A model generated the notes under the pieces. It ran no database searches. It was given only the letters and a program-made list of their open reading frames with translations, and was not told the origin of the DNA. The position numbers and the translations under genes are program-made. A DNA stretch of 64,000 bases from IMG/VR virus record IMGVR_UViG_3300016469_000571, positions 30,556 to 94,555 of that record; one strand, written 5' to 3'. Source of the DNA: a virus. Shown here in pieces: positions 17,203 to 26,724 of the stretch; within the stretch, counting starts at the first letter, position 1; each line of letters starts with the position of its first letter.

Positions 17203-19859
17203 TTTCCTAATATCTTAAACCCTTCCTCTTCTGTATAAGTTTGATACCTAATCAATGAATGCTTATCTAAAAACCTAGTATTGTCCATAAAATCTATGAC
17301 AGCTACTTTTGTTTTATCTTTATAAGCTCTAACAACTCGACCTATTCTTTGCAAAGCTCTTATTTTAGATTTACCTCCACCACCTAAAACTAATCCAGAT
17401 AATTTTGGCAAATCCATTCCAATATCAAATATTGTGCTCGCAATAATACAATCTATATTATCATCATTTAATGCTTGCTTTATTTCATTTCTCTTTTCAA
17501 GAGAATCGTTTCCATAAAGCAATTCACATCTTATTCCTTCATTTAAAAACTCTTTGTATAAAATCTTACCATGCTCTATTGTTTTAAATAAAACCAATGG
17601 TTTGTATTTTTTCTCTATTAAAGATTTTGTATTTTTAACTATTAAAGCATTTCTAATGTCATTATTTACTATATATTCTTTATAAACTTCTTGAAATGTT
17701 CTTGCTTGTATTGTTTGGTGTGGAACATTTACAAATTTTATAATAGGCTGAGCTAAAATACCTTTTTCAATTAATTCTGTAGCAGATACATTGCAAATAA
17801 TTCTACCAAGCATTGCTTCTGTAAGCAAATCACTACCATCATCTCTAAATGGCGTTCCTGATAATCCATATATTCTTTCTGGATCTATATATTTATAGAT
17901 TTGTTGTAATGTCTCACAAGTACATGCATGACATTCGTCTATAATATGAACTTTTGCTTCTTTTAAGCATTTAAGAATTTTAAATTTGTCTTGTATCTTT
18001 GGTGGAAGTTCTCTAACAGTTTCATCGTCTATTGTTAGTGATGCTTTTTTTACCTCTAATGCAGATCCTATTGTCCAAACAGATGCTATTGTTAATCTTT
18101 TAGGATTGCAAATACCATTTCCTATCCATCCTATTTCTTCTTTAAAGATTTTTGAAAATAAATCGTGAAATTGCTGAAGAAGATCAAGACCTATTACATA
18201 GATTATAGTAGGCTTGTTAAATTCTTTTGTCATATAAGCAGAAATTAAAGTATTATGATTTATAAATCCATTAGAAACAAAACTATGAGTCTCTGGTATG
18301 CAAAAATCATAATTATCAGACATTACTTTTTCTATATTAGAAACTTTTAAAAAAATCTTATCTTTTATAAGACTTTTAATTTCATTAACTTTTTCACTCT
18401 CTTCACAACTATCTAAATAATTCTCTAAATTTTTTTTAGATGGATTTCTATAAATACCCCAAGATTTAATAGTTTTTGTTTTTTTAAATCCTAACTTTAA
18501 TTTAGTATTTTTTATATTTGTTTTTTGAAATGGAATGCAATTAACATTTGGGTTAATATTTCTAATTTTAGAAATTATTTTTTTTATTTTATACCCATTT
18601 GGGTCTAAACCAATTTCATTCATAAATTTTGGAATGAATTCATTGTATATGCTTAATATAAAACAATCATTTCTTTTTGTTCTTTTTATTCTTTTTGAAG
18701 AAACAATTCCAAAATTTAATAAAATTGTTTGAATTTGATTTATTAAATTTTCATTAGACAAACCAACACATATTGCATTTGATTCTACCCAACCATCAGT
18801 CTCATATATTCCTCTTATAAACATAGCAAGAGGTTCTTTTTTTAACATTCTTATGCTTTTAGGAATTTCTTTATTTATAGACTTAGAATATTTAAAACCA
18901 TAATCATATAATTTTTTCCTATATGACGCCGAGTTTATAATTAGATTTTTTGCTTTTGACTTTGTATCACAAATTTTGTGTTTTATATTTATTTTATTTA
19001 AATAATTAGATGCAAAATCTAATATATGTTGATCCATATTTGTTAAAACAACTCTGTTTTTAACGCTTAAACCACCATCACCCATAAGAAGTCCATACCA
19101 ATAAGCCTCATCTAAGTCTAGATCATTAGATCCATACATTTGGGTATTGTATGATATAGCAACATAATCTTCTTTTGATATTTCAGATAATTTTTTCCAA
19201 TCTAATTGACCATTACCATTTATTACTTTAATTTTATGATTTAAAGTACCAGTTATTGAAAACCCATATCTTGTGGTAATTTTAATAGATTCAGAAACTC
19301 CATCATAATAAAAATGAGACGTAATGTCTTTGTTATTATTTGTTAAAGGTGTGGCAAGGTTAAGGTTAAGCTTTATGCTTTCTTTTTCTTTTATATTTAA
19401 ATTAAAGATATTTTTTAATTCTTCAAAAGAAAGTATTCCTTTTTCTGTAATATTCAAAGAATTCTTTGATATACACTTACCGCTGCCAGTAGCTGCTCTA
19501 ACTATTCCTATATTGGTTTGCTTGCATGTATCAACAATTTTTTGCTGATAATCTCTTAAATTATATCCAATATCATTGACAATTAATTCTGGCTCAATTG
19601 TTGGTACTTTTCTTTTATCTTCAATTGTATAATCAATTGAATTCTTTTCTAGAAATTCTTTTACTTTTACAAGTAAGCCGATTTGAAATTCATTTTTTTT
19701 ATTTAATAATCTTGTAACTCCGTCCCATCCATTTTTATATGCTTGTGTATATTCAACACCTAATTGTTTGTAGGATAATAAATTTGAAATTCTCTTCATA
19801 AGAATTTCGTCATCAGACTCTATTTTACAAGATTTGTTATTTTTAATTACTATCTTCAT
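17199..19859 (-). CDS. SF2 DExH helicase (UvsW/XPB-like) containing an intein
   Basis: LRDYQ, ATGSGK|T, IIDECH, GLSGTP, IFDIGMDLP, QRIGRVVR; the start may be 19859 or 19880. Confidence 0.9.
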   Translation of the reverse strand: MKIVIKNNKSCKIESDDEILMKRISNLLSYKQLGVEYTQAYKNGWDGVTRLLNKKNEFQIGLLVKVKEFLEKNSIDYTIEDKRKVPTIEPELIVNDIGYNLRDYQQKIVDTCKQTNIGIVRAATGSGKCISKNSLNITEKGILSFEELKNIFNLNIKEKESIKLNLNLATPLTNNNKDITSHFYYDGVSESIKITTRYGFSITGTLNHKIKVINGNGQLDWKKLSEISKEDYVAISYNTQMYGSNDLDLDEAYWYGLLMGDGGLSVKNRVVLTNMDQHILDFASNYLNKINIKHKICDTKSKAKNLIINSASYRKKLYDYGFKYSKSINKEIPKSIRMLKKEPLAMFIRGIYETDGWVESNAICVGLSNENLINQIQTILLNFGIVSSKRIKRTKRNDCFILSIYNEFIPKFMNEIGLDPNGYKIKKIISKIRNINPNVNCIPFQKTNIKNTKLKLGFKKTKTIKSWGIYRNPSKKNLENYLDSCEESEKVNEIKSLIKDKIFLKVSNIEKVMSDNYDFCIPETHSFVSNGFINHNTLISAYMTKEFNKPTIIYVIGLDLLQQFHDLFSKIFKEEIGWIGNGICNPKRLTIASVWTIGSALEVKKASLTIDDETVRELPPKIQDKFKILKCLKEAKVHIIDECHACTCETLQQIYKYIDPERIYGLSGTPFRDDGSDLLTEAMLGRIICNVSATELIEKGILAQPIIKFVNVPHQTIQARTFQEVYKEYIVNNDIRNALIVKNTKSLIEKKYKPLVLFKTIEHGKILYKEFLNEGIRCELLYGNDSLEKRNEIKQALNDDNIDCIIASTIFDIGMDLPKLSGLVLGGGGKSKIRALQRIGRVVRAYKDKTKVAVIDFMDNTRFLDKHSLIRYQTYTEEEGFKILGK
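18252..19475 (-). mobile_element. Contiguous intein with LAGLIDADG homing endonuclease (408 aa), inserted in Walker A
   Basis: GK|CISKNS...GTLNH...YGLLMGDG...IRGIYETDG...YDF..PETHSFVSNGFINHN|T. Confidence 0.93.
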
Positions 19860-19892
19860 CGCTATAAAAATATAGCGCATGTACTAGAATTG

Positions 19893-20222
19893 TCAATAAA
19901 ACATCAAATATACTTCAAATTTATTAATATTGTTAATATAAATTTTGTCAAAGCTTTCAAAATATTTTTTAATATGATCAATGTCTTTTGTTTCTAAAAT
20001 TTTATTTTCTATTTCTAGTAAATCATTTTTTGTACAACCAAGCTCAATTAAGGTATTAACAACTGATCTTACTAAATAAGTATTTGCGATTTGTAAACCG
20101 ATCTTTTTTAAAGATTCTATATCTTTAAATTTTTTCTTAGAATTTTCTTTTAACAAAGTATCAGTAAATATATCAATACTTGATATTACTAGTTTATTTT
20201 CTTTTGTCGATAACATTTCCAA
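19893..20222 (-). CDS. Hypothetical protein
   Basis: 109-aa ORF. Confidence 0.65.
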   Translation of the reverse strand: MEMLSTKENKLVISSIDIFTDTLLKENSKKKFKDIESLKKIGLQIANTYLVRSVVNTLIELGCTKNDLLEIENKILETKDIDHIKKYFESFDKIYINNINKFEVYLMFY

Positions 20223-21480
20223 CTAACTTTCCAAAAGCAGAGTTCTTTTGAGCGATTTGTTCTTTTATTCTTTGCGCAGCAGAAACATTCTGTTCTTTAC
20301 CAGAATCAAATGTAAGATTTAAATTCCTTCTATCTTCTTTTTCTTTAACTTTTTGCATTTGTAAGCTAACTTCTTTTTTCAAAGAATTAATCCTTGAATC
20401 TGGTAAGCTTAATCCAGAAAAGAAAGAATATACTTTTACATTATCTTCATTTGAATCAATTGTATAAATGCCTTTAAATATCCCAACAGGACTAGAGCAT
20501 TGTTCATTTATCATTGCCATTGCATAATTAACACTTGCTGATGTAATCTTATCCATTACTGCTTTATTTCCAGCTATGATAACACCAACATATTTGGCAT
20601 CTTTAATATCAAAACCTTCTGCCAACATATTAGAAGTTAAATTTGAAATAACTGCTTCTGCAATTGCAGTTGGTTGTTCATAGTTTGATATAGTTAGCTC
20701 TCCATAAATAGATAAACCATCTCCATCTGTTAAAATTCTTGCCCACTCTGTTGGATCTAATGGTTTTACACTAGATGGCATGGAAGATAAAGTATTAAAT
20801 ACATCAATTGGATTTGCTATAATTTTATTTGCTTGATTAAAAAAGTCAAGTTGGCTTACATTATGTAATAGCGCTTCTATTTTAGCATTATCAACAACAA
20901 TTAAATTTGAAATCTTTTTTTGCTGAACTAATTTTGTTAGTTTTGATAATGTGTCTAAAGAATTGGATTTTGTTTGAACATCATCAGATTCCATTGGCAA
21001 TATTGCCATTACTACAATAGGTTTTCCTATGTCTGACAATACGTCAATTAATGTTAAACAAGAACCAGCACCAGAGCCTCCACCCAAACTAAAACATAAT
21101 ACATTTACTTCGCTAGCATCAAGCTTTGATAGTAGTTTTACTATTTGATCTTTATTAGACTCTGCTGCCTCTGAACCTATTAGCAAATCTTTTGCAGCAC
21201 CACCTAGCCCATAATTTAGTAAAAGCTTATTCTGATCTGGAACCTCTATAAATTTAAGATCTTGCTGTGCTGTATTAATACATACAACATCATATCCTAA
21301 CTTATAATAAACTTCAGCTAATCTTCCTCCACCTTGACCAGAGCCAATAAACCCTAAATTAATAGAACGCTCTTTTTTCTTTTTTACTTTGTTTTTTAAC
21401 ATGGCAAGAGTTTCTGAATCTATCTGTAAATCATCAATAATTGTTTCTTTTGCTTTTTCTTCTATAGAATTTTTAATCAT
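20194..21480 (-). CDS. Tubulin/FtsZ-family GTPase (PhuZ/TubZ-like)
   Basis: GSGQGGGRLA, INTAQQD, GGGSGAG signature, LP..SD, VVDN and T7-like LDPTE. Confidence 0.9.
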   Translation of the reverse strand: MIKNSIEEKAKETIIDDLQIDSETLAMLKNKVKKKKERSINLGFIGSGQGGGRLAEVYYKLGYDVVCINTAQQDLKFIEVPDQNKLLLNYGLGGAAKDLLIGSEAAESNKDQIVKLLSKLDASEVNVLCFSLGGGSGAGSCLTLIDVLSDIGKPIVVMAILPMESDDVQTKSNSLDTLSKLTKLVQQKKISNLIVVDNAKIEALLHNVSQLDFFNQANKIIANPIDVFNTLSSMPSSVKPLDPTEWARILTDGDGLSIYGELTISNYEQPTAIAEAVISNLTSNMLAEGFDIKDAKYVGVIIAGNKAVMDKITSASVNYAMAMINEQCSSPVGIFKGIYTIDSNEDNVKVYSFFSGLSLPDSRINSLKKEVSLQMQKVKEKEDRRNLNLTFDSGKEQNVSAAQRIKEQIAQKNSAFGKLVGNVIDKRK

Positions 21481-22358
21481 TTAAACCACCAATTGTTAGC
21501 TAAATACCACTCTAAAAATAATTTCATTCCTGATTTAACATCAAATTCTTGTGTCCAACCTAAATTACTTATTTTACTTGAGTCTAATACACATTTATTT
21601 AATTTGTTATTTTTTAATAAAATTAATTCTTCTTCTACTTTTAATAGGTTTTGCAATTCAAATAAAACATCAAACTCAGAGCATTCTTCACCTCCAATAT
21701 TATATACTTCTCCTGGTTTTCCACATTCTATCACTTTTAGAATTCCATTGACCGCATCAGGTACGTATCCAAAACTATAATAATTATTATTTTCTAATAC
21801 AATTTGCTTTTTGTTATTAAAAGCATCTATAGCAGAAACTAATAATGAATTTTTGTGTTGTCTAGGTCCAAAATACTTTCCAACTCTTATTATGTTATAG
21901 TCAATTTTATTTAATTTACAATACTCTTTTACTAAATTTTCACACAATAATTTTGATAGACCCTCTTCATTGTTTGGATTAGTATTATTTACTTCATTAA
22001 ATTTTGAATCAGAATTTCCATAAATCTCATCAGAAGAAATATAAATAAATCTTTTGCCTTTTGATTTTTCTAATAACTTAGAAGTAATTGATAAGTTCAT
22101 GGCTAATGAACTATCAAAAGCTCCATGTATAATTATTTCTGGATTATCTGATAAAAATATAATATTTAAAAGATGTTCATCATTACAATTACCTATATAA
22201 AAAGAATGGTTTTTGTTTTGATAAACATTATTTAATATATGATTATTTGAAATAGAATCAATACTAAAGATTTTATAATCTAACTTTGCAAATATGGTTT
22301 TTCTTATAAAGTTAGAAAATAAGAAGCCACAAGATCCTGTTACTAATATTTTTTTCAT
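21477..22358 (-). CDS. NAD-dependent epimerase/dehydratase-like protein (RmlB-like), degenerate
   Basis: KILVTGSCGF, YISSDEIYG, FGPRQH, GEVYNIG; the YxxxK Tyr is missing. Confidence 0.8.
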   Translation of the reverse strand: MKKILVTGSCGFLFSNFIRKTIFAKLDYKIFSIDSISNNHILNNVYQNKNHSFYIGNCNDEHLLNIIFLSDNPEIIIHGAFDSSLAMNLSITSKLLEKSKGKRFIYISSDEIYGNSDSKFNEVNNTNPNNEEGLSKLLCENLVKEYCKLNKIDYNIIRVGKYFGPRQHKNSLLVSAIDAFNNKKQIVLENNNYYSFGYVPDAVNGILKVIECGKPGEVYNIGGEECSEFDVLFELQNLLKVEEELILLKNNKLNKCVLDSSKISNLGWTQEFDVKSGMKLFLEWYLANNWWFK

Positions 22359-23200
22359 TTTTTGTATAAATTATATTTTGGATTTATGTATTTAGACATA
22401 TCTGTATGATAAATTTTACTCCACTTACTAAACAAATGAGCTAAATTTTGATTTAGAAAAAGCTTATTTACTGGATTCTTTTTTAATGTTGCGCTTTCTT
22501 CATGAAAGATTTTTGTATTTCCTACACAAATTATTTTTTTATTTTGTTTATATTTTACATTTAAACAAGCACTAACATCATCAAAAGCCCAAACAAAATC
22601 TTCATCCATTCCATGCTGACCAGACAAGTTATTTCTTATATTTTTATAAGTTTCTGCTTTAATAAGCATAACAGCTCCGGTTACAGCTTGAAACTCTCTA
22701 TCTAATGAAAAAAATTCAGAATCTTTTTGCTTTAATCCAAAATGCATTGGAGTTCGTAATCTATCATGAAAAACTACTCCTGCATGTTGAATTAAATCTG
22801 TATTTTTAAATAATAACTTACAACCAACAATTCCTACAGACTTGTCATTAAAATAAGATATCATATGGTTTAAATCATTCTTGCCAGAAAAAACAATATC
22901 ATTGTTTAATAGTAAAACTAAATCATTGTCTTTTGGATTTGATAACTTAAATAAATAATTCATTCCATATGCAAAGCTATCATTATTGTGAGGGTGTTTT
23001 ATAATTTTTAATTTATCATCATTTAATGACTCCAAATACTTTACTGAGCCATCAGTTGAATTATTATCTTTTATATACCAAGTATAATCAAATTCTTTGT
23101 TTAAAGAATTAAAAGAATTATATAACTCTTTTAATTTATCTTCGCCATTCCAATTTAAAGTAAATATGTAAATCATTTCTCTCTTAAAAAGACATTGCAA
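22355..23200 (-). CDS. Glycosyltransferase family 2
   Basis: LNWNG, DNNSTDGS, LLLNND, IQHAGV, AVTGAVML, DDV..CL, HEESAT. Confidence 0.9.
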   Translation of the reverse strand: MQCLFKREMIYIFTLNWNGEDKLKELYNSFNSLNKEFDYTWYIKDNNSTDGSVKYLESLNDDKLKIIKHPHNNDSFAYGMNYLFKLSNPKDNDLVLLLNNDIVFSGKNDLNHMISYFNDKSVGIVGCKLLFKNTDLIQHAGVVFHDRLRTPMHFGLKQKDSEFFSLDREFQAVTGAVMLIKAETYKNIRNNLSGQHGMDEDFVWAFDDVSACLNVKYKQNKKIICVGNTKIFHEESATLKKNPVNKLFLNQNLAHLFSKWSKIYHTDMSKYINPKYNLYKK

Positions 23201-24140
23201 AATTTAAAGAAACATCTAGATTTTTATTTGTAGAAAATCCAGCACCAAGACCAATATAGCTATTCTGTAAAAACTTGCTAACATTTTGTAAATTAAAAAA
23301 TACAGGCACTAAAGAAACTTTATAATCATTAAAATTTGTACCTGCTCCAATGTTTAATATACTCATTTTAGGTGAGTTTCTAAATTGACCATATTGAATT
23401 AATCCAGCATAAATATAAACAGATGAATCAAATCCATGATTAAACGCATATCCAGACCCAAGTGATAAAAATAATTTAGGATAAAAATAAAATTGATTTT
23501 CTGGTGTAATCTGAAAAGAATCTGCCTTGTCTATTTTTAATTCATAATCTTTATCATTTACATTTAAAATTACTTTATTATAAACAATTGTATTATTATC
23601 TTTGTCTTTTGATATTACATTTGATATTTTATATTTTCTTTCATAAACTTCGTATTCCCAAGGATTCTTTCTCCAATGAGAAAACCCAATTTTTGCAAAT
23701 GGAATTTTTTGATTTATAAATTGTTCTCCAATTGTTATATATTGAGTTTCTTTTTTTAATTCATCTGGTTTAACTTCAACTATTTCATTTGGTTTTTCTA
23801 TTTTTGTTTCTGTTTGAACATTTGATTTATTTTGATAAGTAGAATAAATCTGAACTGTATTAAGAGATTCTATTCTTCCATTTAAATTTTTCAAATCTTT
23901 TTCTATTACAGACAAATCTATCTTATTTTGTTTAAATAGATCTTTTAGATCTTCTTTTGAAACATTAGAGCTAGATGATCTAATAATAGAATCATCTAAT
24001 TGTTTTTGTTTTATTTGAAGCTCAGCTAAATAATTATTTTGTTTTTTTGATTCAAAATAAAAAAACAAACAAAAAATAGATAATATAAAAAATATTATTA
24101 CATTTACACCTAAAGATATTTTGTTTATTTTTTCATTCAT
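23184..24140 (-). CDS. Membrane-anchored protein: N-terminal TM helix, coiled coil, beta-rich C-terminus
   Basis: ISLGVNVIIFFILSIFCLFFYF; ATGA overlap supports a start at 24140. Confidence 0.7.
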   Translation of the reverse strand: MNEKINKISLGVNVIIFFILSIFCLFFYFESKKQNNYLAELQIKQKQLDDSIIRSSSSNVSKEDLKDLFKQNKIDLSVIEKDLKNLNGRIESLNTVQIYSTYQNKSNVQTETKIEKPNEIVEVKPDELKKETQYITIGEQFINQKIPFAKIGFSHWRKNPWEYEVYERKYKISNVISKDKDNNTIVYNKVILNVNDKDYELKIDKADSFQITPENQFYFYPKLFLSLGSGYAFNHGFDSSVYIYAGLIQYGQFRNSPKMSILNIGAGTNFNDYKVSLVPVFFNLQNVSKFLQNSYIGLGAGFSTNKNLDVSLNFAMSF

Positions 24141-24946
24141 AAAATCTCCTGAACTTCTGGTACAAAAAAGCAACAAGACTTCTCTATGCTTGTTATCATA
24201 TATTTAACTCTGTTACCTAACTTATCTGTTTTTTTCATAAAAACATCTGCATGATCAGCAAAAGTAGATTTTATTAAAATATCTTCTGAATATTTTTGAT
24301 CAAAACATCCATTGTGCTTATAAACTTCTAATGACTTTTCTTTTGCTGCAATTAATAATCTTTTCAAATCTTCTTTTGATAAATCCCTACCAAAAGTTTT
24401 GGGTGATATTTTAGCTCTATAAAAAGTCTCTGACTTAAGGCAAACCCCAAGTGAAGAAAACATTTTTGGTGTCATTACTAGCAATGTGATTGGTTTATTA
24501 AATTTTATATTTTCATAAAAATAATTAATTTTATCATCAAAATCTTCATCAATAGAATCCCAATAAACCTTAGATAATTTATTATCTAATTCTTCTTTAT
24601 TAAATAAAAAACATTGACCATAATGCAATGGATCAATAAAATACAATTCTTCATCTGATTCTAATTTAAATGAAGCTCCTTTTTCATGTATTTTCTTTAA
24701 TTTCCCAGAATTTCTTGGTTCTATATACAAATATAAATCTTTTGATAATTGAATGTATATATATTTGCCTTTAGATTTAATATCTATAAAATCCAAATCT
24801 TTTGGAATTTCTTTATTAAAACCATTTCTATATCTAGAATCTGGATAAATATAAAAGTTCTTAATTTTCTTACCAAGAAAATCTTTTCTAATATAATCAC
24901 ATAATACTTTTATTTCTGGACCTTCTGCTGGAAATAACTCTTCCAT
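24137..24946 (-). CDS. Fpg/Nei-family DNA glycosylase-like protein, divergent
   Basis: EGPE, KSKGK, YFIDP..YG, H2TH-like LG..LKSE.FYRAKISP, zincless-finger-like DKLGN...VPEVQ. Confidence 0.8.
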   Translation of the reverse strand: MEELFPAEGPEIKVLCDYIRKDFLGKKIKNFYIYPDSRYRNGFNKEIPKDLDFIDIKSKGKYIYIQLSKDLYLYIEPRNSGKLKKIHEKGASFKLESDEELYFIDPLHYGQCFLFNKEELDNKLSKVYWDSIDEDFDDKINYFYENIKFNKPITLLVMTPKMFSSLGVCLKSETFYRAKISPKTFGRDLSKEDLKRLLIAAKEKSLEVYKHNGCFDQKYSEDILIKSTFADHADVFMKKTDKLGNRVKYMITSIEKSCCFFVPEVQEIL

Positions 24947-25590
24947 TTTTCCTCAAATTTTGTTTTAGATTCTAAATATAATTTATACGTATTTAATTGT
25001 TTTGATGTTTGTTTACCAAAATGAATAACTGGTATTTCTTTTATTATAAAAGGAATTTCTTTTTGTTTAATTCTAAATCCAAGATCAGTATCTTCAAAAT
25101 ATGCAAAAAACCTTTCATCAAAGAATTGATTGTTCTCTTTTATTCGATTCCAATTATCTCTAGAGCTAGACAAGCACCAACCAGACATGTACTGGTATGG
25201 GTACGATTCTATTTTAGAACTTTCCTTGATAAAGTTAAACTTTTGATCTAGGTAGCCTACGGTCGGACCAACGAATCCGTCTTTGCAGAATTGTACGATT
25301 TCATCCGTCCAATTCTCAAAATTAGAGCTAACCTTAATATCATTGTTTATTGTCATTAAATTTTCTGAACTTGCATTTTCAAAACCTATATTTACAGCTT
25401 TTCCAAAACCAAAGTTTTCTTTAAGTTTTATGTATTTAACATTAAATGTTTTAACAATAGATTCCGTATTATCAGAGCTATTATTATCCACAATAATAAT
25501 CTCACTATCTTTTAATCTTGTTAAATCTTTTAAACAGGCTTCTGTAAAATGACTTTTATTAAAAACAGGTATTATAATACTTAATTTCAT
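24910..25590 (-). CDS. Glycosyltransferase family 2
   Basis: LSIIIPVFN, IIIVDNNSSD, NFGFGKAVN.G, NND, FFAYFEDTDL. Confidence 0.92.
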   Translation of the reverse strand: MKLSIIIPVFNKSHFTEACLKDLTRLKDSEIIIVDNNSSDNTESIVKTFNVKYIKLKENFGFGKAVNIGFENASSENLMTINNDIKVSSNFENWTDEIVQFCKDGFVGPTVGYLDQKFNFIKESSKIESYPYQYMSGWCLSSSRDNWNRIKENNQFFDERFFAYFEDTDLGFRIKQKEIPFIIKEIPVIHFGKQTSKQLNTYKLYLESKTKFEEKWKSYFQQKVQK

Positions 25591-26711
25591 TTTAATAATT
25601 TTTCTACTTTCTTAAAAATATTTGACCAAGAATAATTTTCTATTACAGGAGCGAAATCTATTTTATCTATTATAGATTGATAATTACAATAAGCGTGCTT
25701 TAATTTCTCAGCAGCATCGTTTACATCTGGCTCAAATACGTATGTGTTTTGTTTTGATTCCCAATACAACATTTTTGGATTAGCTCTAACTACTTTTCCT
25801 GATACTAATAAACTATTACTATCATTGCAAAAATCTAATTGACCACCATAATTAGAACAAATTAATAATTTTTTACTAGCTAGCGTTTCTAATGCAGGAA
25901 TTAAAAAAGACTCAGCATTTGATAAACTAAAAATTACATCGCATGACCTATAAAAATCAGAAATATCATCTATATATTTATCATATACTATGATTTCTGC
26001 ATGATTTTTATATTTTAACTTAAAATCTTTTAATAACTCATAAAAATTAACTTCAAAGGGTAATTTTTTTGTTTTTGTACTAACTTTAAATACTAAACAT
26101 ACATCATCGTTTTTATTAAATGCTTTTCCCCAAGATTCTAAAATACCAGGAATATTCTTCCTCATATGTGGCTGAGCAATATTTGCCCCAAATGTAAACT
26201 TATTTGAAAAATTTATTTTATTTGTTCTAGTTAAAAAAGATTCAGAATACCCATGAGGTATTACTTCTATCTTGCTTGCTGGAACCATTGAATCAACAAA
26301 TACTTCTTTTGCATGATTTGATGGCGCTAATATTTTATCCACAAAAACATGATTTTTTGCAAACCCAGTAGGTAATGCATTTTTACCTGCAAACTCATAA
26401 CACCAAATTGCAAATCTATTTTTTAATCCTCTTTTAAAATAAAAAGGAAAGTTAGACATAACTGTATAACTAAATTGAGCATCATAGCTTTTTTGCAAAT
26501 TAACAGATGATTCTGTTAATTTTGAATAACTAAAACCCTCTTCTACATATCCTTTTAAATTAGGTCTTAAATCATCTGGAAAATGCTCTATTCCATTTGT
26601 AGAAAAAATATCTATATCATAATTTGATTTTTTAAACTCTCTACACAAAGATTGAGCTACAATGCTCCATGAATGCAATTTTCCAGCAAAACCATTCCAT
26701 AAAACTTTCAT
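25587..26711 (-). CDS. Glycosyltransferase family 4 (GT-B)
   Basis: PS.H, VIPHG, RKN, ESF.IP.LE, YGGQLDF, YSW. Confidence 0.88.
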   Translation of the reverse strand: MKVLWNGFAGKLHSWSIVAQSLCREFKKSNYDIDIFSTNGIEHFPDDLRPNLKGYVEEGFSYSKLTESSVNLQKSYDAQFSYTVMSNFPFYFKRGLKNRFAIWCYEFAGKNALPTGFAKNHVFVDKILAPSNHAKEVFVDSMVPASKIEVIPHGYSESFLTRTNKINFSNKFTFGANIAQPHMRKNIPGILESWGKAFNKNDDVCLVFKVSTKTKKLPFEVNFYELLKDFKLKYKNHAEIIVYDKYIDDISDFYRSCDVIFSLSNAESFLIPALETLASKKLLICSNYGGQLDFCNDSNSLLVSGKVVRANPKMLYWESKQNTYVFEPDVNDAAEKLKHAYCNYQSIIDKIDFAPVIENYSWSNIFKKVEKLLK

Positions 26712-26724
26712 GAAGCTATATATA

